Shown here: positions 39,773 to 51,900 of the stretch, in pieces
Position numbering within the stretch: position 1 is the stretch's first letter
How the letters are laid out: each line of letters begins with the position of its first letter
Source: Marsupella aquatica
Lineage: Eukaryota; Plantae; Marchantiophyta
DNA length: 64,000 nt
Assembly (NCBI GenBank): GCA_973895155.1
Contig: OZ316899.1
Span: 6,203,241-6,267,240 of the forward strand
Reading direction: 5' to 3'
Program-made: the position numbers and the translations under genes
The notes under the pieces: generated by a model
What the model saw: only the letters and a program-made list of their open reading frames with translations
What the model was told of the DNA's origin: nothing
The model's database searches: none

Positions 39773-41338
39773 TCATTTTCCTCTTACAACACCAAAGACA
39801 TTCCGGATTCTGGGAGGAGTCAACATGGACTTCGCATCCAAAATCACTTTCTCCATCTGCTCAAACGTTCCAGAAATCTTCTTGGCAAAGCGGTTATTGC
39901 ACTCAATAACCTTAACAAGGGTGACTGGGTTGGTTGTCGCTAAATACTTATCTATCAGGTTAGCTTCCAACAAGCTCAGGACTGGTACATGAAGTGCTTC
40001 CTGAACACTGGTAACTGCAGCATTCAGTAGTTTCCGGATCTTCAGGTGTTCCTCCAACTTCTTCTGTGCAGCATCCAACTGGTCCACCAAAGAGTCAATC
40101 TTCTGTCTGTCCTTGAAGGCCTGATCCTCCAAGTCCCAGATCCGCTTCTTAGCTTGACTCTTGATCACCATGTCCAGAGGGGAAACGATGACAACCGGGC
40201 TGTAGTTGAGCATCTTAGCAACCGTCCCAACAAGGTCCTCAAGTTGTTTTGTCTTTCCGGCCGCACTCTCCAAGAAAATCCGGACATGCTCCAACTCTGC
40301 TGATGCCGTCCACTTTGAACTGGGGGTCACACCTGGAAGACTTTCTCTACTTTCCAGTCTCCGGACAGGTTCCGGAACTTCAACAGGATCCGGTTTCGAA
40401 CTCTACACAAATTTCTTCTGTGTCCTGGGAGGTTGCACTTCCACAACCGGTTCTTCTTTCGACTCAGTCCCTTCAGATGGTTGTCGATCCGGATCTCCGA
40501 GTTGGGCTAACATGGCTTGATTCTCATACTCCTCCGCTTCTTCATCTGTAAGAATCCGGTCCATCACGTAAATATTGGCTAGATAGCAAGAAAGGGATGT
40601 GGGAGTCTTCAAATGAAGATTCTGGACCTGGTTGGCTATAACTTCCTCCAAAACTTTGGCCTAGGAAATCTTCTTCTCCCCTATGTAAGAAGCAGCAATA
40701 GTATTTCCAATCCGGATTGTAACTCGTCGAGGCTTGGCAGGGGAAAGAAGTGGAAGCAGAAAGGATAGAACGTCGTAAAACTCCTCATTACAGCATTGGG
40801 ACACCTTCCAACCGTCTTTCGGATCCACTTCACCATCAAAATAGTTATCTGCAAAGGAATTCTTGGAGGTCAGGAAGCCCTCTCCCTTCAAAGGCACATC
40901 CAAAAGAGAAGAGATAACTGTTGCGGTCCACTTTTCCGGTTTTGCTCTGATCGAATCCGGAAATTCCGAAGCAAGGGTCGTACGATTCTGGACCTCCTTC
41001 ACGAATACTGCACTCTGGTAGCCCCATGGCAACTCCATCAACTTTGCACAACCCATGGTCTCAAGGTTCTTTTGCAAGCGGTCCTTCCTCGCCAAATCCG
41101 TGGGAATCTCCGGTCGGAGTGGCTTTTCATTCACAATCACTATCCGCTCCTTGGTCGTTCGCTTTGGTAGCGTCCGGATTTTGGATTTGTTCGGGGCAAA
41201 ATCTGGATCCTTTCTCTTCACCATAATGAGAAGATGGAGAGAAAGAACCAAATTAAAATCCTTCCAAAATCCGGAATTCCCAAATCCGGAATTCCCAAAT
41301 CCGGAAATCTCAATCAAGTCGCAAACTTCCCCTCTCAA
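39773..41338 (-). pseudogene. Accessory ORF inside the predicted Athila-like LTR (conserved domain plus coiled coil), broken
   Basis: ORFs 40661-41338, 40403-40651 and 39773-40330; LETMGCAKLMELPW..WTATVISSLLDVP..DGWKVSQC..VLSFL resembles the domain in the solo-LTR ORFs. Confidence 0.7.
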
Positions 41339-42580
41339 TCAAACGATCACCCACTTCCCCCTAACCAACTTCCTTTCAACTATTGCCTCGAAACGGCAGC
41401 CTCGTCCGGCTCTAAGCTCTCCTATGATTCCTCACGAAAGATTTCTACAGCAGTTTGGTGGTGTGAGGAATGCTCGGTCTGGCGCGGTCTTAAGAACTCG
41501 GTTGCCAACTTCCGGTCTCCGGTTGGACGTCAGACTTATGGTTTTAATATTCATTCTCCCACGCCTACTTGCATGGTTCAACGGTGTCGTTACTTAAGAG
41601 TTCCACAAAAAAGGTGCTATCCGGATATTTTTGGATTCGATACTGCAAAGTAGTTTGTTATGGTCTTTTCCGGTCAAAGTATACGCCATTAACCACTAAA
41701 AGTTGAAAATTTTTAAATTTTTGTACTTTTTAATTTCCTTATTTATAACCATGGTATCACACGCGTCGGCCAAGACATTTTGAAAACAAGGACTCCAAGT
41801 CCTTCCAACTTTGGCGCGATAGTCTCAACAGTAGTAAGGACTCAAGGACAAAGGAGTATTATTGAGAGTTTTATGCCTGAGCTATCAAATTTTACGAAGT
41901 GTTTCATGGTGAACACCAAGAAGCTTGAGGTCCATAGCCAAAATCAGTAGTGTTCGAGTGTTGGGGCAGGAAGAGAGAGCGACAAGAAATTGCAAACGAG
42001 TAGGTATTTTGCTGCGCATTGCAAGATTGTCCATGTCGGCCCGGCCCATTCAAACCATTGAGATAATTACAGCCCAAGAGCTCTCGTCGCAGCAGAGTTT
42101 ATTGGCAACAAAGGGAAGCTAGTGGAGGACGGCCAACTTACTTCCGGAAGCGATTTTGTTGTTTTTTTCACAGCCGAGCACTTTGACGGGTCGCTGACAT
42201 AGGTTTGGTTTGCACATGATCAAACTCTCAAAAATGATGGCTAGCATTCTTTCGATTCCTTAGCTGACTTTCCGATAGACTGTCGTATGTACCCCTATCT
42301 GTTTGCATGCTATTAACATGGGATTATCCGTCAGCTGCATTGGTTGGAGTAATGCAACCTTCTAATTCCGTTGTGTAATGCATGTAGGCCGAGCGGGCGG
42401 TTTGTTTGAAGCCAGCGGAGGAAAATTTACCCGAGTCATTGGTGATTGAATCCAACCAACTCCATTTTCAATCTGCAATAGTCCTGAGGTAATAATGTAG
42501 GTGTTGGCCCGATACGCTTGCTTATACTTTGAGTTTTCACCACAACTTTCCTCTGTACTAGCGTATTTTTGAATGTCGTC

Positions 42581-45089
42581 ATGGATGCCTCAACTGATAA
42601 TCCAGAAGCTCCTAGAACTTCTACTCTTGAGCTAGGAGAAATGGAGATAGTTACAGTCCCAGACCCTGTTCTCCCCTCATAGCAGCAGAGTCCGGTCCAC
42701 TAGCAAACCAACCACGTATGCCTCCCAAGCTACAGATCGTGCTTCTCCCTACTCTCCAGCTCTTGTAGAGAGTATCAAAACTGCAAAACCAAAGACTAAG
42801 GTGGAGCCGCCTCTAGAGCCATGGGATCCTAAAGATTATGTGAAGGACGCAAAGTATTTCCATGTCACATTTGGTCTTCCAAATGAAGGTGTTAATCCTC
42901 ATAAGATCAAAGACATTTCCAAAGAGCAATTGGCCGAAGTGTTTGGAGAGAAAGACAGGAATGGGTATAAGTTGAGTCTCTGTGTGGGCCTCCCAATTGA
43001 GTAGGTTTTGCAGCTATCCCAAGTCGTGGATGGTTATGATGCATTAGTGAATGGATTTTTGTCTTTCACTTTCATCAAAGGGGCATATGCAGAAAGGATC
43101 CAAAGGCAAAAGGTGGACTGGTGTGTGTATGCGGTGTCAAAGCTGAAGGAGCAAATTGCCCAATGGGAGCGAGATGGCAAGGGTAAGCCAGATGGGCCTC
43201 CTTGAGTTAGGAGGTTGCGTCTGTATTCACCACCAGTGCCTCAGGAATTTAGTGAAGATACTCAGAATCGGGTTAGGAAAAAGATTTGTATCAAGCATCA
43301 AGCGCCAGGGGACAAAGCTCATCCGGGGACAGCCGATTCAGGAGCGGATTTTGGTAGCAAGGGAAGCGCACACGAGAGCGCACATCCCAAACCATTGGAG
43401 GCTGCCCTTTCTGCCCCCGCAACAACGCTTCTCCCTGCCAAGCCTATTTCTCCTATTGTCCCTATAGTGCCAAGAAGTCTTTTGCTTGCTATTCTGGATG
43501 GGCAAATAGTCACGATCAAATGCAGTCTTAGAGACACCCATGAGAGCATCAGTAAGGTTTAGAAGACTGTGCAAGACTTGGAGGCAGCAAACGAGGATCA
43601 TCCAAGACTCAGCTCTGGTCTGGTGGACCAACTTCAGAAACTACAGCAAGAATTGCAAGATGTGAGAATCAAAGTGAAGGCCGCAGACACCTTGTATGAT
43701 GACATGTCAACGGAAATAGAGCTTGAGGAGCTCAAGGGAGAGCAAGATGAGGAGGTACAATGTCAGACCATATATATACCTATACCTGTCCTTGTGTCCA
43801 TCAAACTATCTGTAGGCTGGATATATATGTTTAGTTGAGATGTTGGATTCAATTTAGCAGGACGAGGCATTGATGCATTGACAATGAGCTACAAATAATG
43901 TTGTTGTGTGCATATCTTTTTTGGGGTGGGCAGGAAAGCTATGTTGTTATCCTGCAACAGAAGTTGGAGGAGGGTAACAAGGCCATGGAGGCTTTGAAGG
44001 AATCTGAGTCATTTATCCTAAAGGGGATGGCTACATTTGAGAAGCTCATTGAGACCAGGAAGAAGCGCTTTGAACAGTTACCACACAAGGTGGCTCGTTT
44101 GAAAGTTGTGGAATCACAATTGGAAGGACATGTGAAGCGTTTGGAGTTGGCTGCAGCAGCTCAAAAGGCTGAATTGTCCATTTTGGAGCTTGTATTGTCC
44201 GATCTATGTCCAGCATTGCAGCCTTGATTTGTTCCCACATCAATTGCGATAGTGGGAACTGAAGTGTTCATGAGTAATTGTCCAGTTTGTTGCCACGGGT
44301 ATCATTGTTTCAATTGGGTTCCAGCAAGTTGTGGCCACGCCTATCATCCACATTGTTTATTTACCTTGTTGGGGGATAAAACAAGGACAAGCTGTTGCTT
44401 TGCTTGTGGGGAACCCTTTTGTGAAGATTGGATTCAAAGTTGGGGTCTTCCAAAGAGAGTGGTAGATAAGCTGCCGTCAGGTGAAGGCTCCTATATTCAG
44501 GAGATGAAGGCAACATATGGGGCTAATAGTGCCCAATTGGGCACGTACATGTCGTCACCTTTTGCAACAGATGCAGTCCACGCAAGCAGTGGTATGTGTA
44601 TAACCAGATTAGGCCTGCAGGTCATGTTTAGGTAGTTGGACAGTTTGAGTTTTTAGTTGGGTCATTAAGTGAATGTCGTCATTGTGTGTGTAGGAACAAG
44701 CCGAGGTCCAAGCAACTGTGTTGTTGAACAATGTGGACCACACTAGTGTGGTGCATGAACAGGGTGCCGCTGTGGATGAGTCTCCTGAAATGCCAGTGTT
44801 CAATTCCACAGCAGCCATCGGACTGCATGTGAGGAAGAAACAAAAGCAGGAGAGTGAAGTAGCTAGCAAGGTGACCAGTACCCCATTGACACCTCTTGAG
44901 CTTGGCACCTTGCCCCTCACTCCTGAGTCTCTCTCTCATGTTTCATTCAGGCAACTGTTGAGCCTCGTTCAAACTGAAGCAGGAGAAACATCTCCTCCAC
45001 AGTCCAGGAGTGCAATCCAATCCCAAGTTGTTCCTCCCAAGTCATCAAACTCCAGGAAAACATTGCAACTTCTTGTGAGAGACCCGTAG
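42581..45089 (+). pseudogene. Multi-exon TE cargo gene: accessory-type domain, coiled coil, RING-H2 finger
   Basis: TFGLP..EVFGE..NGYKLSLC..KVDWC (42801-43205); coiled coil (43569-44227); CPVC-x13-CGH-x2-H-x2-C-x13-CFAC (44252-44635) in the same frame across a TGA stop. Confidence 0.65.
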
Positions 45090-45304
45090 CAAAAGGAAGA
45101 AGGTTTTTCTCTGGGTGCTGTAAAGTGAATAATATAGAAAATCGTTTTATGTGCAACAAACTAAATCAGGGCAGAAAACAATAGCCACTACAGACTGTGA
45201 ACTAGTTGTAGAGATCAAGCAGGTAACTATGGGTTTCCTACCTTGTGATGTTCTTTTGTCCTTTATTTGTTTGCCTTTGGTTGTCATTATGGTTTGTCAC
45301 ACTA

Positions 45305-45710
45305 GCAGGACTCGGACAACAAGGGCCAAGGAGTTCAAGTCCTTCTTAAGGACTTTCAGTTCTCGCTTGAGCACTTGAAGTCCTTCATAAGCACTTGAAG
45401 TCCTTCATAAGCACTTGAAGTCCTTATTGGAGTCGTGGGGCAAGGACTGGGAGTCCTTCGGCCATGACTAGGACTTGGAGTCCTTGGGCAGAGTCCTTGG
45501 GAAAGGACTAGTAGTCATTGGGAAAGAACACGGAGTCCTTGGGAAAGGACAGGGAGTCCTTGGGAAAGGACCGGAGTCCTTGGGCAAGGACACTTAGTCC
45601 GTCGACAAGAACACTGAGTCCTTGGCTAAGTCCTTTGGTAAGGACTCTAAGGATTTACCAAGGACTTGGAGTGAGGAAGGACTTGAAGTCCTTGGGAAAT
45701 CCTTGCAAAA
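45305..45710. repeat. Array of AGTCCTT/AAGGACT motifs including ~20-21 bp tandem units
   Basis: GCACTTGAAGTCCTTCATAA x3 and GAGTCCTTGGGAAAGGAC x4-5; the same motif occurs at 41788-41850. Confidence 0.8.
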
Positions 45711-45808
45711 GTCTGTGGAGTGAGAAAGTGCAAGAGTCTTTGGTTAGTTTGTTTGATTCAAACTGTTGAATTCTTGATTTTGAGAATGAGGTACTTCAGT
45801 TTTGCAGA

Positions 45809-46390
45809 TGGAGAAGCTTAGCCTATATGATACTCTCCATGAGGTCAGGATTGATCAGATATGGGGTCTATGTGCTGGAGCCTTTACTTATGAAGGCTGT
45901 GGGGGAGTTTTGAGTGACGGCCATCCCTGCACCTTGGGAAAGCACAAACGGAGGTTGAGAATGCAGAATCCTGAGTCACCTTTAGGACCTCGATCACGCA
46001 ACAGACTCCAGCACTCTTGTTCTAGGGATGGGGAAGGAACATACATGTACTGTTTTGCTGTGCAGGTTGGTGATGTGGTGCTTCAAGTGAATGAAGCTAA
46101 TGGTCTGCAGTTGATGGGGATTTCGGGCCAGGACTATAGGGATTCTGATGATGAGAGGAGAGATGAGATCAGGGGTCAGGTTTTGGCAAGGACTTGGATC
46201 ATCAGGTATGTCAAGGGTGACAAGGGAGGAGATCTGCCTTGAGCATTGTACTTTGAAGAAATCAAAGTCGAGGCTCCAGCAAACGAGTCGTCTGTGGCCA
46301 AAGTTGGCCTTAGCAAGCTTAAGAATATTGTTGCTGACCTAGGGTCAGACATACTAGAGACATTCAGGTCTTTTAGCATCAAAAAGTAGG
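45809..46390 (+). pseudogene. Possible RPA70 C-terminal-like OB-fold protein with a Zn ribbon
   Basis: FTYEGC..HPC..KH..YMYCFAVQVGD..NEANGLQLMGISGQDY..DEIRGQVLARTWIIRYVK parallels Y.AC...RY.L...V.D...E.A..LLG.SA..L of RPA1-C. TGA at 46240, after which the frame continues. Confidence 0.45.
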
Positions 46391-48927
46391 CAGTCAAACT
46401 ATACAAGAGGAAGGGTTTTGGATGGCTGGGTTAAATAATCTGGTTTTGGATGATACTTTGTTAGGGATTGAGGCCTTGGGAGCCTCGTTTTCATTGTAAG
46501 ACTTTTTCTTACCAACTATGTATTCATCTCAGAATTTGGTGCCTGGTTACAATTTACAGAGTTTGAAGAAAACCGCACATGTTATTCATGCCCACATTCA
46601 TGTCTATTTTAATTGAGTGGTTTGGTCACGAAAGCTCCATACATTTCGTCTTTTGTTTCCACTAGGATCCTGTCTACGTGTGGGTGCTGCAAATTCCTTG
46701 CGGGATAATGTCTGGCTTCAATATGGGACACTTCTCCAGACCCGCTTTACTTTGAACTACTAGCAAAGTGCATTATTATGGTTTATGTGATTTTTTCTAT
46801 TGTTCTTTAGTCATGGCGAGCAACAGAACCATGCGGGTGTCCCCAACGTGATCAAAATTATTGCCCCGCCGGTGAAATATTGAATATGTAATATTGAGTA
46901 CATGCAAAAATGATAATTTAACTCTCTCAATTGAGAGACAAAGTGCCTCAAAACCAATAAAACTCCCACTGGGATAGATATTCAATATTGTCCTAGTAAA
47001 GCCCCTTCAGGGTCGGATGAGTAGAATGGGAAACCATGGAAAGAACCTGAAGACATCAAGTATTTAGGCGACAAGGAATCTGTTCATGGATATGGATGGA
47101 TTTAGGGTTTGTGCTACGTAAGCACTTTTCTGCAATTTTATTGAGGCACTTTAGCTACTCAGAAAAAGTCTTAAAAATGGTTAGCATAGAGATTGTAGAT
47201 AGTAGAAGCCACGGCTTAAGATTCACCACTTTTGGAGTTTATGATCAGAAGTGAAAAATAGTCAAAGATGATAGATTTGTATGTTTTGTCAAAAAAGTAT
47301 AATGACACTTAGTCATTCCGACACTTTTGAGGGAGACTACCATTACAACAGTACTTACACAATGTTACTGGTTCTGCTTGACGGGTTGTGACCAACCATT
47401 GTTGATGCTAAAATGAAATGAAGGTGAAAAATAAGTCAATGCGCGCCTTACATTAAATCTCTAAACAATTTTACAGTTCCATAAAAACCAGCCCCGCCTA
47501 AAAGACAGAATTCTTGGAAATTGTCATGTAAGACAAAACTAGCCTCACCTACGAGACTGAAACTTTGAATATCCTCATCACACACATCCAAGTCTTACAG
47601 AACCTACACCTGTTGCGAGTCATAAATGGCTTCTATAGTGTCTGAGTCTAGTGTGTAAAATCTAGCACCTCGTCCCTTGCCTCCGTTGGGCACGTCACAT
47701 GGTGTCAAACCAAATCGAATGTGAATGACTTCCCTTGGGTGGCAGTAGCTGAAAGGAGAAGCAGAATTGAAGACAAACTTGTTTTCTGATCCTGGATATG
47801 GTTGGAACCACCTCCCCTTTAAGGCCATGTCCCCTGCCTTGAATTGTACCTGGTACCCATCAGCAAAAATCTTTGTGACTGTGTGGAGCACCTCTTCACA
47901 CTGATAAATGTAGACATATATCTACATTATCTTGATTCGGTTGACAAGCACGACATGCATAGAAATCTCCCAATTGGACACATTCTGGCAAAGGGATGTT
48001 GTCAAGCAGTCCTTCACCCTCTCCCATGTTCTGTACATTAGGTCTGACATCTGCCTGCAATACCCCTTTGACCATCTCCAGGCGATACTTGCCTACCCAT
48101 TCCTTGTTCTCACAATTCATTGGATCATCATCAACACAAGCTACACAAAAACAACTGAGCTCTCGAACTTGCAACAATGTTGACAAACTCTTACTAAATC
48201 CATCAAAGCAGTGCAAAGATCTACAATCCTTGATTGGATCACAATCCCACTTCTTCCTTCTGTTTACAGTGCCAACTCGAATTTCCCAAAAAACACGTCG
48301 AACGAGTTGAACATCACCATACTCTTGCAATTGACCAATGGCAAACTTGTCTTTGCAAAACTTCACCACATCTGATGCACCCTCCAGACGATGACCATTG
48401 ATGCCTTTCAGTTGCTCAGTTGCAAGCCCGGTCTTGATATGACCTCCGAGAGCATCCTATTACAGCATACCAGAAACACAAATTAGAAGTCTCTTAGGTG
48501 TGCAAGTATGGACATCCAACTCCATTAGAAACTTACTACACTTTAGTTGAAAGGCGGGTATTCACAGAATTGGTTGCAAAGTGTGTTCAAAAGATGCTCA
48601 CAGCAACACCCTTCCCATGGCCAGAGGCATGGAAGAACCATTTCATCCGTGCACCAAACCTCGAGTAGTACCTACTGACGTAATAAAACGGTCTGCAGGC
48701 CTTGAACTGAGAGGCATCCCCATCAGACCAAACCCAATGTTGATCAACATGAATGCCCTGATTAGCCATCCACTCCCAATGTGCACCCATGCAATGTTGC
48801 ACAAAAAGAGTGTCATGACAATTATCGTCACTAATGTAGAAATGGTAATCGGCTATAATATCACGAGTCCTATCAGCATTTTGTGCTACTTGCACAGGCC
48901 TACCCACTGTAGCTTCAAGTGAATCGG

Positions 48928-51900
48928 TGTGATGCCTAGACAGGAATCACTCGGCCAGTTAAGTGGGTAAAGCAGGAAGACACCCTAGAAACACCTTAGT
49001 ATAGCTTGGACAAAACAAGGAAAATATAAACAATTAGGGGCAACCATGGTACTCGGGCCGAGGCCGGAGGTAAGGACGCTGGGGGTGAAAACTTGATTAG
49101 GGTTAGGGCGCGTTAAGCGTCGGCGGCTAGGAAGGATCAACGGGAGTAAGGACCTGAAGAGGAGAGGGGTAAGGAGCGCTTGCAGGAGATGGTGGCTCAT
49201 TTGCGAGCACGAACTAGGCAGACGACTACGGGAGGCCAACTACTGTCAGCTGCTTAGGCAAGCACTCGGGGAGAGAGTAGATACCAACGATCGACCTAAG
49301 GAGGGTATGAGCAATGTCAATCAAGCGGCACATTTCTGGGGATGCCTGTTCGAACGGGCAACTGAGTACATCAAGACTTACGAGGACGAGGAATCAGAAA
49401 GGGCAGCTCGAGAACGGCAGGAGCTCGCTCGATTGTGGGAGCTGCAGAAGACGGCTTTCTTAGGAGGCGAACTCATCAAAGACGAGTTCTTGTGGACTCC
49501 TACTTCCAATCAGCTCGACGATCTTCTGTTTTGCAAAGACAGCGTCGTCGGCATCCGAGAGGCCATCAAGAACTGCAACGACATACACTGGGAATTGAAG
49601 GGTAGCACGGAAAGGTGGACCCAGGCAACAGTGCTAGGAGAAACCTCCACGGCAGCAAAGATGAAGAGGAAGGGAGCCGTCAACGATGAAGCCACCCCGG
49701 CAAAAAGAACGAGGTCGGCGGCACCAAAGAAGCCAACCGAGCAGAGCAGGAGGCAGGGAGAAGCCGAAGAGGAGGAGGTCGATCCCATCAAGGCCATTCC
49801 AACCAGGGATGACACCTGGAAGGGCTGGGCGGCAACCCTACCGGTAGAGGTGCAACTACATTTTGCACGGGAGGAGGATGCATGCTTTACGGCCATGCAG
49901 ACCAAGAAGTACCAAGGCTTCATGGCCGGATCCGGCTTAGAGGCCTTTGTAAGATTATCATGGCTGAAGCCGGAGGTACCGGAGTCAGACCTATTAGAAT
50001 TCGTGGGGTCATGGGAACCCGAGACCAATTGCACGAGGATATATGGGAAGGATTTCTATCTTACTCCCAAAGTGATTGCTGAAGTGTTTGGCTTGCCGAT
50101 AGGCAATAAGACCAAAGTTGATACCAGGAAGACCTTGCCTGACAAGGAGTTCCGGTCGTTCCCCGGGCCATCAACGAAGAATGGCTTCTTCCGGAACACC
50201 TGCACCAACCCGCACATAGGAGAGATGATCGACTTCTTGCGGGTGACCATGCATTGTAACTTGCCGAGGGCGGAGATCGGCAAGGCACAGGTCTATCTGG
50301 CAGAGAGGCCAGACCCAAGCCGGGACTACAACGGGTACCTTCTCAACCAATTGAAGAAGATCTTAAAGGAGGAGCAGCAGGTAATCGGCATGGGGAGCGT
50401 GTCGCAGCTTGGCTATCACATGCCGCTGTTGTGCCGGTATGCCAGAGGTCAGACTTTTGCCCCAGTACTTCCCCTGCAGGTAAGGGCACCCGAGGAAGCT
50501 CCAGCGCCGAGGCCGTTAGCAGAGAAGCCTCAACCACCTGTTAGCCCTACGATCGAGCAGGTGTTTAGGCCCAGGAAGGAGGACTTGCCGATGCAGCAAC
50601 CAGGCATGCAGAGTCTGCTGAAACTACTGGAGAAAGAAAAGAGATCAGCATCGGCAACGACAACGGCAATGGCAACAATGCAGGACACTACTCCAGAGGT
50701 AGGCCTACACCGGCTCACAAGAGAAAACCCCTTTGCTGGAGACGAGGAGAGAATCAGGCCGGAATCCAAGCCAGGTGTTCGAATGTATGTGGGAGTCTCA
50801 AGCTCTGAATCTGAGGCAGAACTGCCTGAAGCTCCTACCAACGAAGAGGAGAGGGAGAAGCCGGACGTCCAAGAAATAGAGGAGGCAGTGGAGGACTGCA
50901 GCCATGATAACTCCGGCTATGGGTCGGACCATCACGTTCCAGGAGTAAGGACCTGTGGCCGGTTTGTCCCCACACTTCCAAGGGTAGTACGAGGGGACCC
51001 CAACCAGCAGAGTAGCCCTGAGTCTCCCCCACCAGATGTTGCTCCCCCGAGCTTTGACGGCATAAAACAGACGGCGCAGGAATTTCAGGAGCGAATCAGG
51101 TAGGAAGAGGAGGCAGCCCTGGCTAGGGAAAAGGATTTACCAGGAGGAGATTGGCCGGAGGACATCAGGCAGCTAGCCGAAAAAGGAAGCAAACCTCTAG
51201 CCACGATTGAAGAGATCCGCAAGACGGCTTGGGAGCAGAGGCCGCGATGGGCGATGCCGATCACTTCTACTTACTCCACCTACGCTAAGAATAGAGCCAT
51301 GGAGTATGGTGAGATGTGTGGGGAACTTGCGCTCGGCATCTTTGGAGAGGAGTTGGAGGTAGGACCCTTTTTCCATAGGGAGCAGTTGGAGAAGCAGCAA
51401 TTAGAAGAAGCTGTGGCTTTAGAGAGAAGCAAGAAGGACGAGGTCATTCGGCGGCTTAGGAGGATGGAAGCCGAGATTGAAGATCTAAGGGCGGCCAAGA
51501 AAGCCCAAGATGAACTGCGGATTAAACGGCATGAGCTGAACATCATGCAGGGGCAGTTGGACACCGCGCAGGCTGATAATCAGAATATCAAGGATAAACT
51601 GACTCAGACATAGGGAGAGTTGGCCGATACGATCAAAGAGAGGGAGAAGTGGAAGCGAGAGCTGAGGAATACAGAGGAGGCCCACATAACAGCCAACAGC
51701 CGGGCCATGGCGGAGACCCAAAGAAAGGAATGGGCGTTGAAGGGGGAGCTCGAGAAAATTTGCGGAGCCCTTGAGCATAAAGAGGCCGAGTTAGGAAAAT
51801 CCTATCAAGGGATTATGGCGCTGCAGCAGGAGCTTGCGTCCCTGACGGCCAGCTTCAAGGCCGACCTAAGGGAGAAGGACGAGATGCTCGATCAGACTTA

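Larger units (their letters stand above)
33869..41761 (-). repeat. Probable 5' LTR of the Athila-like element (~3.2 kb after removing the nested 34504-39200 insertion)
   Basis: Plus strand begins TGTGGTA next to the PBS and ends TATCACA at 41761 (imperfect terminal inverted repeat). The TCCGG(A)-rich composition stops there. No second LTR or TSD is available for confirmation. Confidence 0.6.
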
